A stretch of DNA of 64,000 nucleotides, from the NCBI RefSeq assembly GCF_000315625.1, contig NW_005434584.1, positions 82,177 to 146,176 of the forward strand. The letters are read 5' to 3'. Source of the stretch: Guillardia theta CCMP2712. Its lineage: Eukaryota; Protista; Cryptophyta. The number at the start of each line of letters is the position of its first letter. Position 1 is the stretch's first letter. Below the pieces are notes generated by a model. The model ran no database searches, was not told where the DNA came from, and saw only the letters and a program-made list of their open reading frames with translations. Shown here piece after piece: positions 1-11,000 of this stretch. The translations under genes and the position numbers were made by a program.

Positions 1-742
1 GCTAGATTGCACCCTCATGCTTTTCCTGATCGATGCACCGCAGCCGCTCGCGTGCCGCTCAGTAGGTAGCGTAGGACGCACTGCATCATCCGTTGTGCTT
101 GCTTGTCTCTTAAATACGATGTTTCTTCATGAACGTGGTCAGAAAATGTGAAATAAGAAGCAGAGCCGCTCCAGTCACATTTGAGAATTTCATCAAGAAC
201 AAGAAGTTTCTACATGTTCGCACCGTAGATGATGTTGAAGCTATGCCAGGCTTGCAAACCTCTTGACTCCAAAACTGGAAGAAACATGTTAAAACTGGAA
301 GAAACATGTTGCATTGGAGCCTCAGTTGTGGCATGTGCTCGTGGCGGCTTCGCAAGCCGCTTCCCAGTATGCTGCGTCCTCGGACTCAGGACGAGTGAGA
401 TCAAAACCATCGACGGTCGCATTGAAAGACCGCCACATTCCTCTCCTTCCTCTACACTGTGACTGTATGCAAGCCAATCAGGTAAGATAGATTTAACACT
501 GTACGGTCTTTACACCTTTATCGAGCTGATGTCAGTGTCGGGCCATGTGGAGACCCGACCTAGGTTCATCTGTCGGAGTGAATTAAGAGGCTGTCTCAAT
601 CAAACTCCCGGAGAACCATCACATCGAGTCTTTCGCGTGTCCGCTCTATCGATGAGACAAGCAATGGATGCAAGAGCTGCGAGGAAAGCTGCAGACAAGA
701 AGACTTCGATCCAAGACCAGACCGTTACTGGGGTACGGTAGC

Positions 743-2242
743 TTACGCCTCGATCACTCTATGAAGATCTTCAAACCCGCGAGCGACGTCGAAGACCTCG
801 GCGTAGACATCGTCGATCTCAACGTAGAGCGACTTGTTGCTGAGCTTCTGTTGCGTCTTGTCGTCATGCCATAGGTAGTACCATGAGAACTCGAACCATC
901 TGCCTGTGTAGTAAGAGATCATGTGTGTTCTCAGTAGCTCCCGCAAGCCATCCCGGTAGAAAGATCTCGGTTGTCGTCGAATGTGCTGAGGCTGAGCGAC
1001 AAACATGGCACAACAAGACCAGAACAGCTCAGGACCAGAGCCGTACTTGCCGGACATCGGGCCCCCATGCTCATGCTGCAGCTCTTGGAACCGATCAATC
1101 GCCTGCCAGAGAAGCTTTGGAGATTCCTCCCAATGCGAAAGCGTGCGAGATGCTCGCGAACGAAATCCCAACGAAGGTCGAAGAGAGCCGGCGACTCTTT
1201 TCAAGCTTGCAGTCATGTGCTGTCCTGACAAGTCATGGAGGGTCTAGTCTCCCGCTCATACGAGTTCAAGGTGTACTGCTGCCAGCAGAGAGGCTCTCTC
1301 CAGATCGTGTCATAGCAGCTGTTGAGAGACACCACGGTAGCTGAGAACTCCATCAGAACCGCATGAGACGGCAGAGCTGCAAGCTCAGGATAAACCAGCT
1401 GATGCGTGTTAGGGTCCACAAGCTGCGACGCCAACCCCAGGTAGTAAGCCCTGGACCGCTTGTACACTGGTCGCCTCTGACTGTGCCAACTCTCGATGCC
1501 ATGGTCATGCATGAACACCATCAACATGGGCAGGTTGTCATAGAACTCTTCGATGTGCGAGAGGTACACGGCTGCCTCGTTTCCTCTGTTGGGCACCAAC
1601 GCTCTCTCTACCACAGTGATGCCACACGGCAAGCCAGCAGTGGGCTCCGAGCTTAGCAAGCCTTTCAGGTTGATCCCTACGTCCATCCTCCGGTAGAGGT
1701 AGACGATGCTGTTGGTCAAGCCCATGAACGCAATGTCCTCCACCACCTTCATAGTCCAGCTCGCATCCCTCATCGCCACCACCACGTGCACTGACCCTTC
1801 AGGAAGCGGATACCGCAGACATCTGTCTGGTCCAGCCGACCTGGTGACAGTCGAAGAGCACAAGCTCTCTCCGTCGCTGGCTGATATGCCTGCCGAAGCC
1901 AGGGGGTCCATGCAGGTCTGAAACTTTGAGCGAGCATGCTCTCTTCCTCGGCACGTGACTAGGGTCTGGTTGGTGAAGCACAAGTTGGGCCCTCCCCTAG
2001 TCGACCCGTTGAACTCGCTCTTAACGGCTTCCGGTAGCAGATGAATCGCCACCTATGCTGCAAGCGCTTGGGTTGGACGTCTTAGGGTCGAAGTCAGGAT
2101 CGAAGAGAGTCTTCCTTCCTCCTATTGACTTTGCGAAAGCCAAAACAGCCATTATCGCGTGCTCCTGGCTGTGAAAGACCCACATGACAGCAACATTGGA
2201 GAGGAGGAGGAGGAGGAGGAGCACGAGCCTAGCGCAAGACAT
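743..2242 (-). pseudogene. DUF3431-like (putative glycosyltransferase-related) type-II membrane protein, split over three frames
   Basis: N-terminal anchor LVLLLLLLLSNVAVMWVF. Motifs VHVVVA, PNRGNEAAVYLSHIEEFYDNLP..VFMHDH...WH and SCCAMF...IRRQPRSFY...GRWFEFSW. The ~1235 junction is collinear with the 28 kb paralog (ETNRSLHNMTGQ vs ETR/LHDLSGQ) with no room for an intron, so it is a frameshift. A second frame change lies near 2040. Confidence 0.6.
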
Positions 2243-2685
2243 CGAGTCAGCATAGCGTCACTATCAGCAACCCTCGCTTCCTCCCTCACCTTGTCCTGTA
2301 CGGCTTCCTACAGGCGGCAAGGGCTCTTGCGCTACCCATGCACAAGTCCAGGGGAGTCAAGCTGCTGGTCAAGATGTTGCGGGGAAATGGCGGGAGCGCG
2401 CGTGGCAGAAGACTAATTGTGGTCTATATCCATGTTTCTGTCCCTCGATCTTTCACTATTGTTTACTCTCCGGCGGGCCTGGCTTGCTTTTTCTTCATTT
2501 TGTATCTTTTACTCCGGCAATGATATGCGCTCGTGGCGGCTTCACATGCTGGATGGCGGGGACGGGCTTGCTGGTACTGCTTCAGGCGTCTCTAGTGACT
2601 CACCTCTCCTACCGCAAGCCTGCCAGCCTACCAGGGATCTGAAAGTCACAAGGTGAAGCCCGTCGGATCGACGAGGCAGTGCATG

Positions 2686-3180
2686 ACGACTACGAGCGAG
2701 AGACGAACAGATCTCTTCATAACATGACCGGTCAAGACTCGCTCGACAGGATCTATCAAGCTGTGATCTCACTACCGGAGCGATGGAAGTCTCGGAGGGG
2801 TCGGCGGCTTGTATGGGAAGAGCCTCATCAGGTATTCCAGCAGTCCGAGAGGCTCTTCGGATCCTTACACGCAAGACTCGGGCGAGCAAAGAGCGGGAGG
2901 TCGATCCCGTTTGCGTCATGCTGTGCGATGTTCATAGCGCAGAGGAAGCACATAAGAAGACAGCCGAAGCAGTTGTACAAGGAGAGCTTGTCCGCGCTTC
3001 TGTCGACTCACCTCCTCTCTCACCACACCGGTCGATGGTTCGAGTTCAACTGGGACAACCTGCTCTTCGATCCGTCAGGGTCGCTGGATGCCTCGAGAAG
3101 ACGTCTGTACGTGGACATCGATGACGTTTACGCGCAAGTCTTCAACGAGACCAACGCGGTCGCTGATCTACAGGAGCTTA
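2686..3180 (+). pseudogene. Duplicated C-terminal half of the DUF3431-like gene at 28.1-28.6 kb (inverted copy)
   Basis: About 495 nt almost identical to the reverse complement of ~28085-28576, with about 6 substitutions by eye (e.g. GRRLVW/GRWLVW, KSGRS/KSWRS). It lacks the N-terminal half and the native stop. Confidence 0.85.
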
Positions 3181-3237
3181 TTGTCCTATTCGGATCAGGA
3201 GGTTTGATGAGAGTTTGGTTTCATGTGATATTACAAG

Positions 3238-4041
3238 TCAATACAAGTCATGCAGCTGCTTGCATTCTTTGCAGCTTGACCGTCTCCGCTCGTGTTTGCA
3301 TATGCTTCCTCCTCCACAGCCCTTGCACTGTGACCGTCTCCGCGCATGCTCGCATATGCTCCCTCCTCCGCACTCCTTGCACTGCGATCTCTGCCGCCCA
3401 TGCGCGCATATGCTTCCTCCTGCGCAGCCCTTGCACTGTGATCGTGTTCTTCCGTGCTCGCAGATGCTTCCTCCTCCGCACTGCCTGCATTGCGATCGCC
3501 TTCGTTTATGCAGACAAATGCTTCCGCCGCCACATTCTTTGCACCTTGATCTTGCTCTTCCGTGCTCGCAGATGCTCCATCCTCCGCACTGCCTGCATCG
3601 TGAACGCCTCTTCTCATGCGCGCAGATGCTTCCTCCTCCGCACTGTCTACACTGTGATCGTATCCGACCATGCTCGCAAATGCTCCCTCCATCGCATCTT
3701 TTGCAGGATGCGCGATGTAGCCCGTGCTCACAGATGCTTCCTCCCCCGCATTCCTTACAACGTGATCGTACCTGACCATGCTTGCATATGCTTCCTCCTC
3801 CACAGCCTTTGCATGATGTTCTCTGCCGCCCGTGCTCACATATGCTCCCTCCCCCGCACTCCTTGCATCGTGACCGGACCTCGCCGTGGTCGCAGATACC
3901 TCCTCCATGGCATCCCTTGCATTGCGATCGTACCCTCCCGTGTTCGCATAACGTTCGTCTGACAAGTCTCTCTTTCTGCGGTCTGCTGCTCCTGCTTTCC
4001 TTCTCCTCTCTCCCTCTCTTCTTTCCCTCCCGTTCAGCCAT
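3238..4041 (-). CDS. Cys/His tandem-repeat protein: 13 x 18-aa ICxH-x6-CxxCGGGS, putative zinc-binding nucleic-acid-binding array with a basic N-terminus
   Basis: Uninterrupted ORF from ATG 4041 (MAEREGKKRGREEK...), then 13 repeats such as ICEHGRQRTSCKGCGGGS. C, H, C, C are invariant. Confidence 0.8.
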   Translation of the reverse strand: MAEREGKKRGREEKESRSSRPQKERLVRRTLCEHGRVRSQCKGCHGGGICDHGEVRSRCKECGGGSICEHGRQRTSCKGCGGGSICKHGQVRSRCKECGGGSICEHGLHRASCKRCDGGSICEHGRIRSQCRQCGGGSICAHEKRRSRCRQCGGWSICEHGRARSRCKECGGGSICLHKRRRSQCRQCGGGSICEHGRTRSQCKGCAGGSICAHGRQRSQCKECGGGSICEHARRRSQCKGCGGGSICKHERRRSSCKECKQLHDLY

Positions 4042-4284
4042 CTCCTCGCCTGGATTTGAAAAAAAAATAGTCAAAATCTTGATATTTACTCAACAAAGAA
4101 AAGACAGCAAAAATAATGTGTTTCAAGGCATTGCTGCCTTTTCTGTGTCCAGCATTTTCCTCTGAGGCAAACTGTTTCGTGACAACATGCGGGTTGTGCA
4201 GCCACTACGACAGCACATAGAGCAACTTCCGTCAGGTGTACAACGAGGTGAGATAATGCTGATCCGATCTTTGTAGACAATGAA

Positions 4285-4708
4285 TGTCAGAACCTGAATT
4301 TATGATACTATGAACCTCATGACTATAAACATCGTAACTAGTGTCAGAACCTGAATTTATGATACTATGAACCTCATGACTATAAACATCGTAACTAGTG
4401 TCAGAACCTGAATTCATGATACTATGAACCTCATGACTATAAACATCGTAACTAGTGTCAGAACCTGAATTCATGATACTATGAACCTCATGACTATAAA
4501 CATCGTAACTAGTGTCAGAACCTGAATTCATGATACTATGAACTCATGACTATAAACATCGTAACTAGTGTCAGAACCTGAATTCATGATACTATGAACC
4601 TCATGACTATAAACATCGTAACTAGTGTCAGAACCTGATTTTATGATACTATGAATCTCATGACTATAAACATCGTAACTAGTGTCAGAACCTGAATTTA
4701 TGATACTA
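4285..4708. repeat. 57-bp tandem minisatellite, ~7.4 copies
   Basis: Unit GTGTCAGAACCTGAATTCATGATACTATGAACCTCATGACTATAAACATCGTAACTA, head-to-tail, a few substitutions and a 1-nt deletion, no spacers. Confidence 0.97.
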
Positions 4709-5019
4709 GCCCATGAAAGGTCGGTCTTGCGAGACGTAAACAGGAATGGATCTCACATCTTTTCAAGTCTGTAATGTGTTCATGACACCAAACTACATGT
4801 ACTGATGAGACCAAGAAAGCTCTAACACCAACAAGAACAAGCCTGCTTTCAATCCACAATGTTTTAAAATAAGGAGTTGGACAAATCAGGAGAAGGTTGA
4901 GGAGAACTTGAGCATGGTAGCCTTGAACACCTTTATTGAAATTTAAGAACGAAAGAAGAAATTCGGATGGCCTCCCCTTGGAGTGTGAGCTGGGCATGGT
5001 ATTGAAGCCTTGGCGGTCA

Positions 5020-8000
5020 TCAAGTCATCTCGTCTACCTGCACCTTGACTCGCCCTCGGTACCTCACGAACTTGTGAGTCAAGAACCCCAGCAGCCCTGC
5101 TCCTATCACCCCTCCTACCGCACAACCCACTACTACCCCGACGTTACTCGCGCTCGCTGCTTGCAATGGAATTTCAGACGCTGCTTTTCCAGTTCCAGCT
5201 GGTGTTGTTGTGACATCCGCCGCATGGATAAAAGAGCTGGTGGTAGGAGATGGAGTTGTCTCCAAAGCCTCCACAACGGTGGAGCTGTTGGAGGAGTTGG
5301 AAGTGTTTGATGCAGCAGACGACACGACCATTGAAACTTTGCTCGGCCGGGTCTTCCACAAGAAGAATCGACTGCTGGATGAAGTGAGGCCGGTCATTTG
5401 CCCTCCAAGAGCTCTCGTAGCTACCGTATGGTTCAGATACACCTCAGTCACAGCGGGCCCGAGACTGGCAGTGAAGGTCAGCGAGCAGGTGTTGACCTGA
5501 GCTCCAGCATAGTCACATCTCGTAACACTCCCGCAGGCGTACACATGTGAGCTTGATAAGTATCCGCTGCCTCCCGATACCACCGTCACCGAGGTCCCAC
5601 TGAAGTCGAGGATAGCCGGCTCTCCTCCCTCCAGGCTCGGCTCGGCATAGAGTCGACCGATGCAGTCTGAGTACACGTTGGCGTTCGTAGCGTGAGTGGT
5701 TGCGTAGGTTGACCGCTGAGCGCGGACAATCGTGAGGGTATTTCCAGTGACAGCCGAGACCTTCATCACCTCATTGTCAATGCGGATGAAGCTGTTTACC
5801 GTGATGTAAGCGACAGCCGCTGTCAGAGATACAGTGACTGTGGTGGTGTCAATCTGTGCTGAGAGCGTGGCTGGTGACTGCACCCCAGATGCCGCCACTG
5901 ACTTGATGGAGTAGCCCAAGAAAGGCGAGTAGACCTTGGAAGGAGCCCCCCACACGCTGCCCAGGCTAGAAGACTGTTGAGTCACCTTGTACGATGCCTT
6001 GGTTGTCAAGGTCGACGAAGCAGTCGAGGATAACACGGGGTTTGTGGAGATAGCTGAGGTCCGAGCCTGCAGGGTCACGGCAATGCTCTCACTACCAACC
6101 ACGTGATCGCCCAGCATCTGTCCAAAAGAGTCGAGGATGTAGACCGGGCTTGTTCCGTTGATGCGGTTGGAGCTGCTCTCAAGAACAGGCGAGTTTGGAC
6201 GCATCAAGTCATATCCGTCCATCCTGTCCTGGTAGTAGAGCGGGTCGGTGCTGTACTTGGCCGGGTTGTAGATGACAGGGTAGGACAGTGAAGAAACGAT
6301 CAGGTCCTGGTTCACTCCAAAGGGGGTGAGGGCAGGCGCGAGGTAGTTGAGGGAGAGCACAGGGGCCTTCTGAAGCTTGGATGGGCTGCTGATCACTGCG
6401 ATGCCATCGAGGTACAACATCGGGGTAGCATCAGTAGTGCCGGGGTTGGTGATGAGAGGACGTGCGTACAAGCCAGAGTTGCTGCCTGAGATGGACTGAA
6501 GCACGCCAGTCGCCCCGATGATGGTCTCACTCAGGTACTGAGCGCTGATCGACAGCACAATCTCCGCATTCGCATTGTGCGCGGCAGCCGTGGTACCTTG
6601 TTGGCCCCTGGAGACAGTGATGGTGCTTGCAGACTTGTTGAGAGACAAAACGTATATCACCTCCTGCTCCACGAGGATGTTCGTGCCCTGCGCTGGCAGC
6701 GTTCCTGTCTTGCCCGCATTCGGTCCCATCGATATCAACGTGTCAGAGATCGAGAGGTCAGTATTCAAGGCAATGGGCAGCAGGGAGACTGTCTCGACGC
6801 TCACGGCCGTGTACTCGGCCCCAGACGCGTGCGATGCTGCCTGAGTGTAAGCCTGAGCGCGGAGAATGGTGAACGAGCCCGTGTTCAAGGCAGTGATCAG
6901 CATGATCTCGTTGCCAATCTGAATGTAAGTGTTGGCCGTGAAGCCTCTGGTGGTGAAGACCGGGAGAGTCGTGGCGGTGGCTGTGATGGAGGCCGAGGTC
7001 TTGGCTACTGCAGCCTTGGGGTTGAAGAGTCCCACCAGGGCTGCTGCTGGATGTGACGGAGTCTCGGTTCCCTCCGCCTGTGTGTATCCTCTGTACACGC
7101 TCAGAGTGTTGGCGGTCGTGTCAACGCTCGCTACCAGCATGAACTCGTCATCGACTGCAACGGATTCGTCCACGGCAAACCCGCTTGCCGATGCCACATA
7201 GATCGTCTCTACCGTACCCGCAACTGACGTCAGGACAGCCTTCTCGAGTGCCGTACCAGGAAAGAACAAGACGACACTCGCTCCGGGAAAGTGTTGCGAC
7301 TGGCTGGTACCTCCAAGCGCTCTTTCGCTCACAGTGATCGTGTTGCCGGTCACCGTTCCAATCTTGAAGATCTCGCTATCAATCAAGATCAAATCTCCTG
7401 CCTTGAAAGAGGAGGCGTCCTCCACGGCGAATGAGATACTGGCTGCTGCCCGCACATCGTTAGATCTCGATGAGAACAAGCCAGCCTGCTTCAGGCTTCG
7501 AGCCGCGATGTTCACGTTCAAGAAGGTCTGAGGCGTCGGTACCGTCGGGTTGGAATAGAAGTGCTTAGACTCGTACATGAAGTCAACGCCCGTGATCTCT
7601 CCCGCATGATTCCTCCAGGTAGACTGATCCACCGACATGTCTCCCGGCCAGAACGACGGGTACGGCGCAAGGCCGTCCAGGGACTTGCTGTCCTCGAAGA
7701 AGATCACCACTGTAGTCGCCCCGCACGATGCCCACGAGAGAGTCACAGGCTGGGTGCCGTACGAGTACCCGTAGCCGCCGTCAACCACGTATGGGGCATT
7801 GGCCTTACGATCCCAGGTGATGGTCGCAGCCCCCTGAGTCTGAGTGGTGGAGAGAGTCATGGTAGTGGGGTTGAGGTAATACGTCTGTGCTGGGCAGATG
7901 TACAACGGAGCAGCAGCTGTCTGCACAGTCGAGACTGACATGCCTCCCTGCAGTTCCGCTGCGACCACCAGGCCAGTCGTAGAGCATGGGGTGCTCCCAA

Positions 8001-11000
8001 CGCTCACAAAGGAGACAGTGGGAGCAGTGATGTATCCCGAGCCCGGGTTGACAGTGCGGACAGCAAGCTTGTACTGTGCGGCCTGTGCCGGAAGATCAGC
8101 GGCTGTGGCTGGACTCTGAGAGAGATAGCTGTCTGCCCTCGTGCTCTCGACGACAAGCTCGACCTGTGCGGCGACACCCGACATGGACGTCGGAGGCTCT
8201 ACGACTACCTGAGGTGGTGTGCACATGGCTGACAGGAGGTTCTGAGATGAGACGTAGAAGTTCAGCGATCCAGTCGATGCCATGAAGCCTCGGTTCCTTC
8301 TCGCCGCGTACGCCGTCGACGACGAGTACTGGATGCCAGACTGACCCGAGGATACACGCATCTGAAGCGTCTTGCGCGTGCGGTAGTCGTTGGCTCCCGG
8401 GTTGGTCGCTTGGCAGACCTGGAGGTTGTTTCTGTTGACAGGAGAGAAGAAGGCGTTGGCGTAGGATGGCTGAGTGCACTGACCATTGAAGCATCCGCTC
8501 TCGAGAGTAGCTGTGGCCACGGCCTGTGAGGTGATGGTGCAGGACTTGCAGTCAAATGTAACAGTGGGAGCAGTGTCGTACCCGTATCCCCCCTGAGTCA
8601 TGTACACGCCGTCGATGACCAACCCAACGCCCGATGCGAGATTGGTGAGCCGAGTGACGTCGATTGCAAAGTACTGGGGAACGCAGTTCCCGTTGGTGCC
8701 CGTGTATCCATCCTTCAAGAAGGTTTGGCCATTGTTGGAGTTGAACTTGATGTCGTACACGTACGGGATCGAGGCATAGCCCGTTCCTTGCTGAATGACC
8801 TGAGAGGTCCTCGATGCGGCGCTGTTGATCTGGATCTGAAGCTGTGCTCCTCCGGCCCTCTCGGGGTAGGAGAACATCAAGACGATGTTGTCGCACCCGG
8901 TCGCTGTCGACAGGGCAGCCCCCTTGTACAGCAAGACGTTCGTGTTCAGGTTTGTAGTGCCCCCAGAGGAGGTGGTTGTAGGAGGGAACGACCACGTCGG
9001 TACACCCTTGGCGGTCGCGTACATGTTGGAGGAGCCCAGCGGCGAGGCAGAGAAGGTCACGGTGGTGCCTTTGAAGGTGTATCCTGCTCCAGCGCTTGAC
9101 ATGGTCACTCCGGTGACACGCGAGTTCTTGTAGGTAGACTGCTCTCGCTGATATGCCTCGGTCTTACCATTGGAGCAGGCTTCGTTGAATCCGACCAGCA
9201 CCGGGGAGTCCATGGCTGACGTGACCGGGTTGACAGTCTTGTACGAGTTGGCAGACGACTGCGTCACTTGGAGTGGTCGCATTCCTCTGTAGCTAGAGAA
9301 CGAGGTTGATCCCCCCACAAGCACATCCACGTTCGAGTAGCTCAAGAAGGCCTTTGCAGTCGCAGCCCCGCAACCTGTGATGGTCACCGATGGTGCTGAC
9401 GTGTATCCATACCCTCCGTATGTCACGTTGATGGATTGCAGGATGTTGGCCGCTGTGACAGGTACTGCCTTCGCTTGCGCAGCTGCTGACACCCCGGACG
9501 CGGACACGGTGATCGTCGGGCTCGTGCAGGTTGTACCAGACTTGGTAATGGCAATCGATGCCACGTAACCAGAGTTCATCTCGGCTGACCCGCTCGCCGC
9601 CGTCTCGAGAGAAAACAAGGAGACAGACGAGAACTCAGACGAGTACAGGCCCGTCAAGGTGTCAGTCTGCTCTCTGTTCCATTCATACAAGAAGGTGTTG
9701 CCTGTTTCGTACCTCATCGCAATGCTCGACGAGAAGTTCTGGGAGATGTACGCCTGCGCCTGAGCATTGCACGTAGCCGGAAAAGTAACCAAAGGAGCTG
9801 ATATGTATCCGCTACCTCCGTTCTGGAGTACCACCTGAGACACGCTGTTTCCATTCAGCAACACAATGGCTGAGGCTTGCTGGCCTGCATAGGTCAACCC
9901 CGTCAGGCCATCAATGTATGATCCGGATGGGTTCGGAGACTCGATATTGACAGTGGTTCCTGAGGGGCAGTTGTTTCCTTGTACTGCAACCTCAACGCGT
10001 CGTACGCCTGAATTTCCCGACAACAAGAAGACTCCGTTGAAGTAGGTCGTCGTCCCCGTGCTGGTCACACACTGACCGATGAAGCGAGGAGGAGACGTGT
10101 ATCCGCTCCCCGCGTAAGTGATCTCAAACTTGGACGTGGCCCCAGAGATAAATCGTACCTCCGGCTTGTTTCCTCCCATGCTCTGAGGACCATCCACATA
10201 CTTGATGCTGCAGTCTCCTGCGAGCGTTCCGCCGGTTATGACCATCCCCGTCACTCCGTATCCCTTCACGTACGAGCTCTTGACCGGCAGCGTGGTTGCA
10301 AAGTAGTACCTCGTCCTCTCCGCGATAGTCTTGGAAGCGTCGTCGGTGGATCGAGTGATGTAAGCATTGACGTTCTTGGGATAGGACTTGAACCTGTACC
10401 CAGGTATGGTGATCGACACAGACTCGCCAGGCTCCACCCTCGCGCTCTTGGCAACGATCAGCTCCAACTGGGTGTAGATGGTGTAGGGCTTGTTGGCTAT
10501 GTCGACGTTCCGTGGCTTGTTGCCGTTCGAGTCGACCACCCAGTACACGCCTCCTGCTCCCTGCTTGATCAAGTACTCGTTGGACCCGATCATGGCGGTC
10601 ATTCCTGTGTATCGGCCAACGTTCTCCTTCACATGGATGCTACAGTCGCTCAAGAAAGACGATGGGAACTCCTGCCCCACAAGGAAGCAAGGGGTCGGCG
10701 AGTAGTACGGGTTGTAATCGAGTATCGTCTGGGTGATAATATTCTGGTTGGCCGTAGACATGATCACTTCAAACACTGGTGCTGTCGTCTGAGTAACCCC
10801 AGTAGGCGCGGCCGACAAGAACACTGATGGGATGGTCACGTACCCGCTGCCCTGGCTGGTTACGCTGACTGTGGCTACCGACATGAACAGGTTGAGGGTG
10901 GGGGGGGTGGTTCCAGTACAAGTTGCAGTAGGAAAGCTCGTGTACAACCCGGGATTGGTGATCTCGACTCTGTACGCGGGTGCGGATGTAGAAGCAACGA

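Noticed and set aside
271-310. 20-bp direct repeat AAAACTGGAAGAAACATGTT x2
   Set aside because: Simple local duplication with no supporting context.
2679-3962. 427-aa ORF as a real fusion protein
   Set aside because: It is the duplicated DUF3431 fragment reading through into the antisense strand of the zinc-repeat gene.
3215-3965. Overlapping repeat ORFs in other frames (186 aa +, 244 aa -)
   Set aside because: Shadows of the 54-nt coding repeat; only the CxH/CxxC frame has invariant residues.
4232-4531. 99-aa ORF with 19-aa repeats
   Set aside because: By-product of the 57-bp array; the frame is broken by a 1-nt deletion in another unit.
4285-4708. CRISPR array
   Set aside because: Units are contiguous and near-identical with no unique spacers; no cas genes; eukaryotic context.
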